Of a stretch of 64,000 nt of DNA, positions 28,244-42,625 are shown piece by piece; the stretch's first letter is position 1; the number at the start of each line of letters is the position of its first letter. Below the pieces are notes generated by a model that made no database searches, was not told the DNA's origin, and saw nothing but the letters and a program-made list of their open reading frames with translations. The stretch is from Lama guanicoe (taxonomy: Eukaryota). Location of the stretch: contig MU053629.1 of NCBI GenBank assembly GCA_013239625.1, positions 4,491,567-4,555,566 of the forward strand, in the 5' to 3' direction. The position numbers and the translations under genes are program-made.

Positions 28244-28800
28244 ATGTTACTACACTTAATATATAATCCAGCCAATCCACTCCTAGTCGTTTACCCAAGA
28301 GAAAAGAAAGCATATAAAGACTTGTACATAAATGTTCACAGCAGCTTTATGTGTAACAGCCCCAAACTGGAAACAACCCAAATGTCCAACAACAGGTGGA
28401 TGGATAAACAAATTGTGGGATATCCTTACAATGGAATACTACTTAGCAATAAAAAGGAGTGAACTGTTGATAAACTCAGAGACATGGATGAATCTCAATA
28501 TAATTATGCTGAATGAAAATTTTCAGATTAAAAAAAGTACATACCCATTTATATAGCATTTTAGAAAATGCAAACTATGGTGACAAAAATCAGATCAATA
28601 GTGCTTGGGGGTGGGAAGTGGGATGGTAGAGAAGGGGAGGAGCAGGAGGATTACAAAGGGGCAGAAAGAAAATTCTGGGGCTTCACTATGTTGATTTGTG
28701 AGAGTGGTTTCTTGGATGCATATGTATGTCAAAACTTATCAGACTGTACACCTTAAGTATGTGCAGTGTTTGAATATCAATTATACCTCAAAAAGCTGTT
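28244..28800 (+). mobile_element. Old L1 3' end (L1MC/L1MD-like)
   Basis: Peptide MFTAALCVTAPNWKQPKCPTTGGWINKLW; 3' UTR ending tcaattatacctcaa. Confidence 0.8.
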
Positions 28801-28997
28801 CATGAAAAAACAGGTATCGTTAGAAGAAAATGAAATGATATTTAATTATCATTAAGTAAAGAAGCATTTTTAAAACAGCATGAAATCTATGACTCCAAAT
28901 TATGACTTTTTAAAAATGTATACATATATGTATACACACACACACACACACAGAACTGTAAGGATAATCCCCAAAATGTTAACAGTGCTTACTTCTT

Positions 28998-29270
28998 TTT
29001 TTTTAATTGAAGTATAGTCAGTTTACAATGTTGTGTCAATTTCTAGTGTACAGCACAGCGCTTCAGTCATACATATACATACATATATTCATTTTTATAT
29101 CTTCTTCATTGTAGGTCACTATAAGATGCGAATATAGTTCCCTGTGCTGTACAGTATAAACTTGTTTACCTATTTTATATAGTTAGTATCTGCAAATCTC
29201 AAACTCCCAATTTATCCCTTCCTCCCCTCTTCCCCTGCTGGTAACCAAGTTTGTTTTCTATGTCTGTGAG
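28998..29270 (-). mobile_element. Short lineage-specific L1 3' fragment with TSD
   Basis: Poly-T, ttgaagtatagtcagtttacaatg...tctgcaaatctcaaactccc; TSD taac(a/t)gtgcttacttctt at 28980-28997 and 29271-29288. Confidence 0.88.
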
Positions 29271-32200
29271 TAACTGTGCTTACTTCTTAACGGTGGAGTT
29301 TTTTCTTTCTGTATTTTCTGTCTTAAAATGAACTTTTCCTTTTTTTAAATAATGAAGCAAGTAAAACAAAAATCTAATTTGGGGTAGGTTGGGAAAGAAA
29401 AATACTGATTTCTGCGTTATAAGTTCTGCTATCCAAAGTGATAATGAACTTAGGAACATAGCCTGGGAATATCATAACCACCTCCCTGCTCCAAGGTCCC
29501 AAAGCTGTCACCAGATAGCAATGGCATGTTCCCTAGCACCGTGAATTGAATGTTTTAGTCTAAGCTTAATATTCTTAGTCTGAATATTCTAGAATTCACA
29601 CCAGACCATGACTTTAGTGCCATATCTACTCATGCAAACAGAGCAGAAACTCAGAGAGATTAAATAATTTTCCCCAAATAATAAAACCAGCAATAGAGAG
29701 TTCTGATTCAAACTTAGGGAAGGGAGTAATGATGTGCCTAGAGTCACAAGGCTTCTTCAAGAAAGAATATAGATAGACTAGAACCCAGGGCTCCTGACTC
29801 CCTGTCTAAAGCTCTCTCAGCCACACTCTCTCTCAATGACACACTGGGTCAATAAATTGGAGGGGGGGCCTAACTTGCTGCATAGTTTAAACAGTGACCA
29901 ATACATGCTGCTAAACTTCTCTGAAGATTACACAGTATATTCACTTGGCGCTGTGAAGTGCCACCCCGACAACACTTGCAGTCCTGAGCTTATTTGATGT
30001 GGTTGGGAAGCAAATGAGATTCCAGTGCCCCTGTTGCGCATAGGTGCTCAATGAGCATTTCCTGCATGGTGGGAAAGTGCCCTATATTTACAGAATTTGA
30101 TCCAGTTTAACAGCAAGATCTAATGTTAAAATTAGCCTTGTAAAAGTTTTCACCCTAGTTCACACAAAAACAAGATTCTGAGGTTATGACTAGCAATTTT
30201 TCATGAGTTGATTTATCTGAATAAAACCTATAAGGTTTTGAACCATTAAACATTCGATTTAGGAAAAAAAACTTAGTGTACAGAAGAATAAACTGAGAAA
30301 TGGAACAGATTTGTTTCTTGTAATAATTATGAGCAATATCTCAAACTCAGCATCTTAGACCATTGAGCTGTGTAGGATGAATGTGCTAATTAATCAATTA
30401 CTACCCAACAATGTACCCTGTTTATTTACTGAAATGCACCAGAAACGTGTGCAGAACTGGTAATTATTAATCATCTTCAGTAACAAATATGACTCAAGTT
30501 CACCTTCATATAATTAATAGAGCATGCAGTTAGCTTTAACATCTTGCTATATCAGAAACAGCAACAAGGAATAAAAAGAAAGAGCTGAGCCACAGTCGTG
30601 GTTCCCTGAAGTGCCGGCTCGGGCTCAATGTGCCTACTACCCTGAGCAGCGGCATTACTCACACCCGTCCAAACTATGGCCAGATGCTCGCACCATTAAA
30701 ATCCAAGTTTTTAAAACTAAACTTTTTAATTTGAATTGAATTTTTAGACTTACAGAAAAGTGGTCAAAGTAGTCCAAAGAATTCCTATATACTCTTTATT
30801 CGGGTTCCCCAAATGAAATCCAAGTTTTAGAGCTTGAGAACTTGCTTGGAGTCGGAATCTTTGTTGGTGGTGCCCACAGTCCTTAGTGCATGCCTCTTAA
30901 TTTTAAAGATATTTTTAAAGTACGTTCAATGTACATAGAAGTAGCTGTTTAACAACAAATTTTGCAAGTGATTGTGGAAAAAAATTTTTTTTTCTTTGAG
31001 AGGCATCATGTAAGCCCCCAAATTTCCTTTGTGTCAGACAGATTTCTGGGCTAGATGAGCTGTACTTTTGATCTAGAATGCTATTTCCTGATTCCTTACT
31101 AATCGTGTAGCATTTAAAGGATGTTAAACTGTGCCAGCTCCTTTTATCTCTGGGTCTAGCATCAGATGACTCTTTTTCACTGTGGTCAAACAAGGGGCTT
31201 TGAGGCCTGCCAATCTGAACCAATGTAGGTTCGAATCCCAGCTCTACTACCTGCCTGCCCTGTGACTGCAGGTAGCTTATTTTAACTTCTAACTACTGAT
31301 ACTTGGCTTCCTCAGCTTGAAAATGAGGAAAATGAAACCCTGCTCTGGAGTGTCACCTCAGTGAAACAAAAGGTGGAAACTACCTGGCACGAAATAAACA
31401 CTCAGTAACAGGTCAATACTATTACATTGACACGATTGCCCTCTGTGGCCACTTTTAGCTTAGAAAACTGAACTGTGTGCATGCACGCATATACAAACAA
31501 AAACGTTACTTCGTACAATGGTAACAGCAATTGTAGATTCACATTTTTGACGTTTCCTCCTGAAGGGAAAAACTGGATGAAATGTAACGCTATTGTACAG
31601 TAAATTTAAAACCTGCCCCATTGGAAAATACCACTGGAATGCTACTTCAAAAACCTAAACAGACAAATAGTAAATCAGTGGCCGGACTACTGTATTTCTA
31701 TTATAAAATGATTCGAGGCCCCTTTAAATGGAGAGCCCCCTTAGGGCATCTCAGTATTTGTTTATAGATCATTAACTACTTGACAGTGAGAGTGGGGAGG
31801 GGGCAGAAAGACTCACAGCTAAAGTGCTGAGAGCCACTGTCAGCTGAAGATCGGCAATAAAGTCAAAACATCTTAGGAATTTGATTTGAAAATACGATTT
31901 CTGCTACAAAAATGTCTTGTGTTATTCATGAATGTATCGGTTAGTAAAACAAGGCTCACAGTACAAAGCTGAGACCATAACTATGACTCAAGTGACAAGG
32001 TAAATTTACTTGGCCATGTTTTCAAATGCTTCCCCGAACACTGACTACATACTATGAAGATTGTAACATTGAAAACATGCCCATAAAATGGACTGTATTA
32101 TCTACCAGCATAAATCATTATCTGGTTTCAAAAAGTCACAAATATGTCTCCTTGCTACCGGACACCAGCATCTGCAGCAGAATAGCATAGACATGCTTCC

Positions 32201-33689
32201 TAATGAAAAGCTCCCTGAAAGCTGGGAGGCCACAGTTTTGTTTCTTGATTCTGGTATGTGATCTTGGGTAAGTTTCTTTCCTATTCTGTAGTTTAATTTC
32301 TCCAACTACCAAAATTTAAGTTAAAGTTAAAATTAAAACTACTGACCCTACATATTATAATTTCCTTTCTCTAACATCCTTCAAACACACTAACTGTATT
32401 CACTTCACCCACTTTTTTTTCCCATTTATTCAACAAGTAGAGAATCTACCATATATGCCAAGTTACTAGGTGCTGAGATCACAAAGGTTAACAAAACAGA
32501 CATAAACCCCTGGCCCTAGAAAGTTTACATTCCAGCAAGGGGAGAACTTGAGAGTAGTTTAGACACAGGTTGCTTTTGGACGAGAGCTCTGTACCCATTA
32601 TGTTCACAGTAAAATGTTTTACCGAAGTAATTCTTCTCACCACTCTTTGTAACTGCAGCCCCAACTGCCAGCCGACTCCTTGGGGGCTTTCAGAACATCA
32701 ATCAGCTCCAAAGAAGGACTCAAAAAGAGCTTGATAAGAATCCAGCGGTTCCTTCCTTTCCTAATGACTCCTGCCATAGCTCAGTACTTTCATGAGGATA
32801 ATTTCGCATAAAACCAGTGTATATTGTCCTTGCCAGGGCAGACACAAGGATACAGGAATGGAGCAGCAAGTACTATTGGCCACGGGGAGAATGAATGAGC
32901 ATTCTTCCAGCTGTAGGGGTAACTCACGCCACTTCCTCTGGTGCAGAGCTTGGCTTAGAGGGCACTGAGCCATGAAGCAGATTTGGGTTCCTAGGAGACT
33001 CAGGTCTGTGGCTCTTCGGAGTATGTTTTTAAGTTCCAAAACATGCTGGAATATGAACTGGGGGAGCAGCAACTCCATGGTCTTTCTTTCCTTGAACCAA
33101 AATTCCTAAAGCTTCAAACTGGAAATTGTAAATGAAATCCTAATTGTAAACATTTCTATCCCCCCTCTTTTTTTTCTCTCAAGTTCCTTTATCTTTTATC
33201 AGTATGCTGACATATGCTCCCAGCATCTTGCCTATAATTCCCCTTTCGAGAATAGCAGTGAGTTAAAATCTACACACCTACTCTACTTTCTTTTAAGTCA
33301 CACTATTAGGAATATGTGAGTAAATCAGGATTTCACAGTAAGGTTGTAAAAACAACATGAGAATAAAGATTCTATATATGTACAGGTCATGTCTGGCTCA
33401 TGTCCACTATATATGTCCTTTGTACATATTTCTTAGTAAACACTAACAATGGGATGTTTAATATGCATACACTCATTTAACGAGAATCTAGGTCAAGAAA
33501 GAGAATACTCCACAGTTTCACCAACTATAACAAGTGTACCATGTTAATGGAGGAGGCTATGCATGTGTAGGGCAGGGATATATGAGAAACCTCTATCATT
33601 CTCTCAATTTTGCTGTGAGCCTAAAACTACTCTAAAACAAATTAAGCCTTAAATAAAGAGCTATAGAAACAAAAGAATTTTTTTAAAAG

Positions 33690-34965
33690 AGAGAGAATAA
33701 TCTCGGTCCCCCAGAAGTCACCTCATTCTCCTCCTAGCCACTAATTCTCTGCCCAGGAGTGATCACTATCTGGCCTCCTAACAACACAGACGAGTTTAGG
33801 CCAGGTTTATACTTTATATAATGAAATCGTCCAGTAAGTACTTTAGTATTTGGCTTCTTTCACTCTTCCTTATGTGTGTGAGATTCATGCATGTTGTGTG
33901 TGATTGTAGATCATTCTTTCTCATTGCTGTACATTATTCCATCACAGGAATATGCCACAATTTGTATATCTGCTCTGCTACTGATAGGCATTTGAGTAAT
34001 TTCCAGGTCAACTATTACAAATATGAATAGTGCTGCTATGAACATTCTGATACATGTCTTTGGAAGAACAAATGCATACAGTTTCTGTTGGGAATTGTTA
34101 CAGACTGAATGTTTGTGTCCCCTCAAAATATGCTGAATAGGCTGAAGCCCTAATATCCAGTGTGACTGGATTTGGAGATATGGCCTCATGTATGAAGAGG
34201 TGATAAAGGTTAAATGAGGTCATAAGGGTGGGATCCTTATAACAGGGCTGATGCCCTCATTAGAGAAGAAAGAGTCAGATGGAGTTAGCTCTCTCTGCTA
34301 TGGGAGGATACAGCAAGAAGGAAACACAAGCCAGGAAGAGAACTCTCACCAGGGACCCAATCAGCCAGCACCTCATCTCGGACTTCCCAGTCCCCAGAAC
34401 TGTGAGAAATAAATTTCTGCTGTTGGCTAAACCTGGTCTGTGGTATTTCGTTACAGCAGTCTGACCACACTAATATAAATATATACCTAGGAGTGGTATG
34501 GCTGAGTTGTAAGGTATGCATGTATTCAGCTTTAATTTAAACTGCCAAAAATTTTTCCAAAGTGGTTGCCAGCAGTGCATAAAAGTTCTAACTGCCACCA
34601 AGCCTCATCCACACTTAATACTTTCTGTCTTTTCTACTTTAGCCACTCTGATGGGTGTTTTCTGGTTTCAGTATTACATTGGGGTTTCAATTCCCATTTC
34701 TCAGATGATTTTGAAATTAAGCCCCTTTTCACATGTCTATTGGATATCTGGATGTTCTCCTTTCTGAGGAGTCCATTCAAATATTTTACACCTTTCTATT
34801 GGACTCTCTCTTTTTTTTTTAATGATTTGTTCTGAATACCAAATGTTTTGTCAGATATATGTATTACAAATACTTCTCCCATTCTTTAGATTACATTTTC
34901 ACTCTCTTTTAATAGTGCCTTTTAAAGAATAAAAATTCTTAATTTTAATATATTCCAATCTATCA
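33690..34965 (-). mobile_element. Old L1 fragment interrupted by an MLT1 LTR
   Basis: Reverse-strand L1 peptide KTCIRMFIAALF; L1 homology resumes after 34480. Confidence 0.7.
34096..34477 (+). mobile_element. MLT1A-like solo LTR nested in L1
   Basis: tgttacagactgaatgtttgtgtcccctcaaaat ... tggtatttcgttacagcagtctga. Confidence 0.85.
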
Positions 34966-37394
34966 ACGTTGTATAACTAATTTTTAACATGCTCTGAACA
35001 TCTACAATGTCCTGGGTGCCTTTAAAACAAAACGAAAACAAAAGCCCCCCTTTCTAGAAGCAGCAAGATATATCCATGCACACATTAAATGCCATGCACA
35101 GCAGCACTATTCAGTTACTTTAAAGGGTTTCCTTCTAAGGGATATGCCATTTCTCCATACTTTGTAGAAAACTAAGTATTCATGTATTTAATGCACTTGA
35201 TTCTTAATTATTGGACACAGAGTTTTGGAACAATGACTTAGGCTTGTGAATGCATGCCAACTTCTAAGCCCCTTTGTTTCATGGCCATCAAGAATGAGAA
35301 CTGAAAAGAAAATCAAGCATCTGATGACCTGAATTGTGGGTTTTTTGAGAAATTATCCTATTTCAGTTACAGAAGAGACATAGTATAATCTTAAAGTCAG
35401 CAGAAATATCTAGATGCCATATTCTCCAGCTCTGTATCCTTACATTAGGATAATATTTCATTCAGACACTCTTGAATATCTGGGTGTGGTCTACTACCTG
35501 TGAAAAATCTTCGGAAGAACTTCCTACTTGAAGAGAAAAGAGACAGAGTCAAAGAGCCTTGGATTAGAGAAGCCCTCATCACTGATGAGGTTTTTCCAAG
35601 AGGGTATCTTCCAACAGAAATCCTTTAGTTCCCTAGCCTTCATGAGACAATGCAGTGAAACCTATGTAAATATCTGGTTCCCTTTATCCGTAGTTTTTAC
35701 CTTAAATGGTACAGAATATAGGGTTTCTCAGACAGCCTTCAGAGGTTTCCCAAATGTTTGATTCAAACTTCACTTATTTAAAAATAGATTTTTAAATAGA
35801 TATGTCAAATTTTAACATATTGCAAACTGCCAGAAATTAACTTGAGGTTAAGTCATTTCAGTGTAGAGCTCAGAATTAATCTCCTTCTGCCATTTCTGTA
35901 ACTGAAGCACATGCTGAAGATTTCAAACCACTCTTTTAAAAACCATTCTGATTTGTACCTACTTCTCCCGAGGGATCAGGATTTTCTTGATAATAGAAAC
36001 CAAAACAGAGGAATAAGAAATAAAACAGTTCTGGGGTTGCTTTAACTGCAACTGTTGTCCACAGACCCTTACTTCAAAATTTTTTTAGGATTAAATAGCA
36101 GGGTTAAGACACCAGTGGCAGTGGGGCCAGCCATGGCATTCTAACCATACTTTTTCCTGTTGGGTCTTACCTGTGTCTTTGCAGGCTGGGCTCCTCTGAT
36201 TCCTCCCCATTCCTAAGCTTGGTTCTGCAGACTTCCTATTTATTATTGTAGCTATCCAATTTCCTTTCAATAAATTCCTTTTCTGCTAAAAACAATATAA
36301 AACAAAATAAAAACCCAAGCCAACAGCAAACTAGCCTCATTTTTAAAATTCACCTTTAAAGTTAATGTTAAAATTCTGCACTTACAAATGTTTAGTAATA
36401 AAATACAAGTTTTCATCTCCTTTATATGTTGGGGTTCTGTGACAGATTTTGTTTGAAAAAGGATTCCAGTGCTTTTTAAAATTTAATTTAAAATTAAAGT
36501 ACTGAACCACCTCCCTGACTCGTCTTAACCTCTCTGCAGCCATTTCCGTACAAATCTAACTACATCATACCTCCACCTTAAAATCTTTAAAAAGCTTTTA
36601 TCTAATAGGGAATCTATAAAGTTCAAATTATTTGCATGACTACAAGGTCCCTGAAAAGACTGAACTTACAAGATCCTGCACACGTTAGTGGGTGCTCAAG
36701 GAACGTTGAATGAATCAATAAAAACTAGAGAATGTAAGAGGTAGCCACACTATCCTACATTCCCATTGAGCATGAACAACAGTAACAGTAATTGTTGTAT
36801 TTTTGTCTATTCATAATTACCTCATTTATATACAGTATTTTCCAGACACGTATTATTTATATATGGTTTCTCCAAACATAAGGCGTTTAGAACATATAAG
36901 AGGAAATGCTTCTTTCGAAAGCAGGTGTGTCTGTACTTCAAGAGGCTGCAAAATTTGAGAAAAATATTTTCCCAGAGTAATAGATTTGCTAATGGGTGAC
37001 TGGGGGTTATTAAGGTTTCTAAGTAAGTCTCCTCGCCTCGTGCGCACCAGGCTCTTAGGGGGGACATGGCGATGCACACTGCACAAAGAGAAGGGGGACT
37101 ATTTTAAAGATTAACTTTTTATGCTGAAATACCTGGGACTTCTTTTAAACTACACGACAGCGGGGGACCTAAATACGCGAAAGTGCCCCCTGACGTGACC
37201 AGCCAATGCTAATCTGGGGCCTTGGCTTTGAACTCACCTCCCTGAGGACACCTTCCTGCTTCCTCAACAACCTGAACTAAGTATTTCACTTCAGCCCAGG
37301 GCTTGGAAGAGAGATACGGGTTCGAGTTCTGCCACTCAGCGGGGTGGTTAAGTTCTTCCTTTTTAACCTTAATTTTCCTCATACCTAAACTGAT

Positions 37395-38260
<866 letters not shown>

Positions 38261-41200
38261 CTCCAGGACTGGCCGTGGTCCTGGTCTTCTGTATCCCCCG
38301 CCCAGTGGATGCTTGTCAGGGCTAAGTTGTTGCTCCTGAATGGTTCCGAGAAAGTGGGGCTTAGCCGCAGGCCTGTACCCCCACCCCCACCCCCCTGCCG
38401 CATCATCCCTGGGGAGGGGGCAATCCATCCTCACTTCCTGCGGCTCTGAACTAGGAGGACCCGTACATTGGGCAGTAAGAAGGAGGATGTAAGCCGCTGG
38501 AAAGAGGCTCTGAAGTTTAAAAAAAAAAAAAAAGCCTTATTGCATGACAGACGTACTTCCCGTGAACATCACTTTGTGGGTGCGTTCATTTTATAAAAAC
38601 TGGAACTACAGTTAAAGTTTCTTTGTTTTATTTATATGAAATCCCAGCAAGTTCGTTTTACTAAAAGCACTAAAGATTTTCAGCAGTGATGTTATCCTCT
38701 TCGGATGCTAGGCCTAAAAGATATTTAAAAGACTGTCTTTTTAATCTTGGTATATTTTCATAGGCATATCCTAACTCACAGTATTTACTCTAGCGGGATG
38801 TTTATTTTCTTTTGGTTGATGACCTGAAGAAGAGGCGTGAACATTGACATGAATGTATCTTTTATAGGTCAGTGAAAAATAGGCCTCAAGATGTTTTGAA
38901 CCTGTTAATAGCTCATATCAAATTAATCCAGATTTCAGTAATTCAGAATGTAGACGTGCGAACTGACCCATGTTACCCAACCAGTTTTTTGTACCAGAAT
39001 TAAAGCTAAATCCCTGTTCAGCTGCAATATTACTATATAGTCTGAGAGGTCCTTAAATTTAAATATGGTATATGTATTTTTGCTTATAATAATTCATGGG
39101 GTTCTGGAACCATTGCTCCACTGGGACTGTTCTGGGTTCAGTCCATTAAGGAGAAGATTATTTACCACTGTGTAACCCTGTAAAAATATGTTTTATTATT
39201 TGACTGATGATAGAGCATGCCCATTAATTTTGAGGTTGATATGAGGTTGAAGATTGTGGTGACTTAGAAAATTCAGTTCCAAGTTATTTGGAAAGACTGG
39301 AGTGATGACGAGATTCAAGAAGAATAAGTTTATTTTAGCGTTTCCAGAATCAGAAAAAATCATTCTTCCCAAATGTAGAGTAATAGGTTAGGAAAAGCAT
39401 TAACAGGCGGGTTATAGGTAAACCGGGAGCCTAATGCCTTTTTAAAAAAAGTTTTCACCATTTAAAAGCTAACACGTTTAGAACACCTTAGTGGTTAGGG
39501 GCTTCTCTTTTAGGTGTAAAGAAATCCAAAGAAAAATAGGATGCCCAGAACATTCTCATATAGAAAAGTAGTAAAACCTTTTGAAGAAAGAAACAACAGC
39601 TGTAGTTTTTCTGACGTGGAAGAGAAAGCCGAATAGTGATTTAATGGTCTTTGTGGTCTTCTGAAAATTCTAAAATTCCTACGTAAAAGAAAACAAGAGT
39701 TTTAAGTTAAACAAAAGAAAACTTTCTGCTCAAGCATGCTTTAATACAAATTGGCTTATACTAATAAAGGGTTTTTATTTTTTTTGCTGGACTTTTTAAA
39801 AGAAAGTCCATTTAAAGAGTATTCACCAATTTGGTAATGTTTATTTTGTATTTTTGTCTCAAGATAGGGAATTACATAATAGGATTCTTTCCTGTTCTTG
39901 TTGTGCAGTTGCCCCTCTGGATCATCAAGTACAAGTTCTGTTAAAAAATCTTTTTGAATTTAATCCTTTTCTTCCCTTCCAACTTAGTAATTATCAAAGT
40001 AATTCACTTTTCCATTTTGTAAATATTAAAGATTTCCCTTTTACATATTTGTTCCCTTTCTTCTGCCTTCATTTTCAATGGAAGCTGACATTTTACTGAT
40101 GGTTTACCAGCCTGGGTATCATGCTGCGAAGTAGATTGAGATTTAAGAAAAGCAACTTACCATTGGAATGAATGGGTAATCAGAGACTTGCCACAAAGTT
40201 CTAATTTTTTTTAAGTGCTTAATTTGACAGTGGTTTACCTACTGTTCAGCTGACTCAGAATGAATCATTATGCAAAGAACTGACTTTCACATTTATTTTG
40301 ATGTTATGTGTTTCAGACAGTGTGGAAAAAATTTAATTTTTCATGGAATCTTACAGACTTTAAAGCATATGTGCTATAGATAAAGAAAATTGGGGTTTTT
40401 TTAATTTGTCAATTATACAAGTGATTAATCTTCCCATTTTGTATACTAGCCTGACTGCATTAAATTAAGTGGACTGCAGGAAAAAAAAGAAATAAAGAGT
40501 TTCTGATTCCCATATCACTTCTCCATCCCCTGTCAAACAGCCTTAATGATAATGGTTCCTACTTGCTTCTTAATAAGATAAAATGTAGTTATTATTAGAC
40601 TAGTAGTCTTTGATCAGTCCTACATCTTAGCTGAAAAAATATTGACCATTTGTGTGATTTTTTTTAAGTGTCAATATTTTAACTGAAAACTGTGATAAAT
40701 ACTATAAAACAGCAATTTCAGGGTCACCAGCCACTCCTTAAATTTATGTCCTTAGCTTTGGTTTACAAGTCATATTTTGTGTATTTTATTCTCACTGTAT
40801 TTGGAAAATTAATCATTATTTCTAGAGCCTGTTTTTTCTTTCTCACTCCATTGATTTTCAGCTTTTGAAGTTGTGATACCGTGTTTTAAATTTATTTATT
40901 TCAACTGTTTCCTCCACTCTTGACTCTCTTCTGCCTGTCTTCTTGCTCTCTTCCTCACTCCCCCACTCCCCGCCAACACTTGCCTTTTTTTTTTCCATTC
41001 CAGTTAAATGATTTATAAATAGCTTTACGATGCTAGTTTTTGTGGATTTTTTTGTGACATTCCCTGAGGCATTTAGAGATTGGGGGGAGGTATTATCAAG
41101 GCGAAGAAGGCAGCATACTGTAAAAGGTTTCATAGGAGTTCCAGGGAGCCCTGTGATAGTGACAAGCTGTGACCTAGTATATTCCTAAAAATAGAGGGGT

Positions 41201-42370
41201 GCCAGTCTGAATGGGCATTTTTGCCTCTTCTCAGTGCCAACTAGTGATGCTTCTCCTGATTAATCTTTGGCATCACAGTGGTTGGAGTGCAGCTTCAGGG
41301 AATAAGCACAAAATAGGCCAGCATACTTAAACACTCAAAAAGAGCATAATACAGCAAATATACTCTTGCAGGAAAAATAAGAAAAAGATCAGGAATATGA
41401 TTAGTCCTGCGCATATGTCCATTTCCCTATTGACTAGGAAGAAAGTCATTTTCCAAACGTACAGCTCTTTAAATTGTCGTTTTCTGTCCAACTCCTACAT
41501 AGGAACAGTAAAATTAATACTCGTATAGAGCATCCAATATTTGTTATTGATTTAAGTGCCTGTGGTTTTATACATGTTTTTTAATATGTTAAAAGTCGTT
41601 GGTTTTAAATAAGTGCCTTAAAAAATAAGAATTGTGGAAGTTAGTTTTGTGTCCAACTTAGTGTCATACGCATATGAGTGCTTAAATCCATATCTCTGGG
41701 TAGTGTATGTTTAGTTTCGTGTATCACAAATGGTAACTAATCACAAATGGAAATATTCCAAAGAAAAAGCATGTTGTCTGGGTCTGCTGTGTACCTATTT
41801 CAAATAGGTTGAAATGAGATTTTCAGATCAGTTGTAAAAATACTGACGGGATTATTTCTTTCTCGTGTTTGTCATCATGCTGAGATCTTCCTTAGAGTTG
41901 GTTTCCGCCTTTGGTTTTGAAGGCAGCTATTTGACCCAGTTTCTTTAAAGTTGTACAAAAAATTATTTTAGCCATCAATATTACCGTCCAACTTAAAGCG
42001 CAGTAAAGATGACCTAGTAATTTAAGCTCAAGGCCAATAATTGGGAAACATCAGCTAAATTAATGAATATTCTGTTTGCTTATTTGTGAAAAGAATATAG
42101 AACTACTTCCTAAGTACTCGGAGATAATGAATTAATGCTTGTAAAGTGCTTTGAATTAGAGTTTACAGCAGTCTTATTTATAGTTTTAAAAAATCTCTGG
42201 GCTCACACAGTTGTTACGTTGTTACCATGTTCCACAAATGTAGATGAAATTGAGCTCTTAGGTAGAGTCAGTATTTACTAATATTTTAATATTTTTGTAG
42301 CTTTATGATCTGTTGATGTTGCTCAAGAGTGCTGTGTGATTTGTACCAGGACAAATATACGAGTACATGA

Positions 42371-42544
<174 letters not shown>

Positions 42545-42619
42545 AAGTGTGCTTTGGAGGACATAAATATCGGTAGATTTTCTCATGTGTATATGCATTA
42601 TTTATTTTTGATCCTTTAA

Positions 42620-42625
42620 AATAAA
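42620..42625 (+). promoter_or_regulatory. C15orf61: Candidate C15orf61 polyadenylation signal AATAAA
   Basis: AATAAA 75 nt after the stop, with upstream TGTA and downstream T/GT-rich sequence. Confidence 0.6.

Noticed and set aside
40830..40925. Strong-looking acceptor (ttttcag at 40861) as an alternative C15orf61 last exon
   Set aside because: The following frame is short and AT-rich, with no resemblance to the known protein; unsupported without RNA data.
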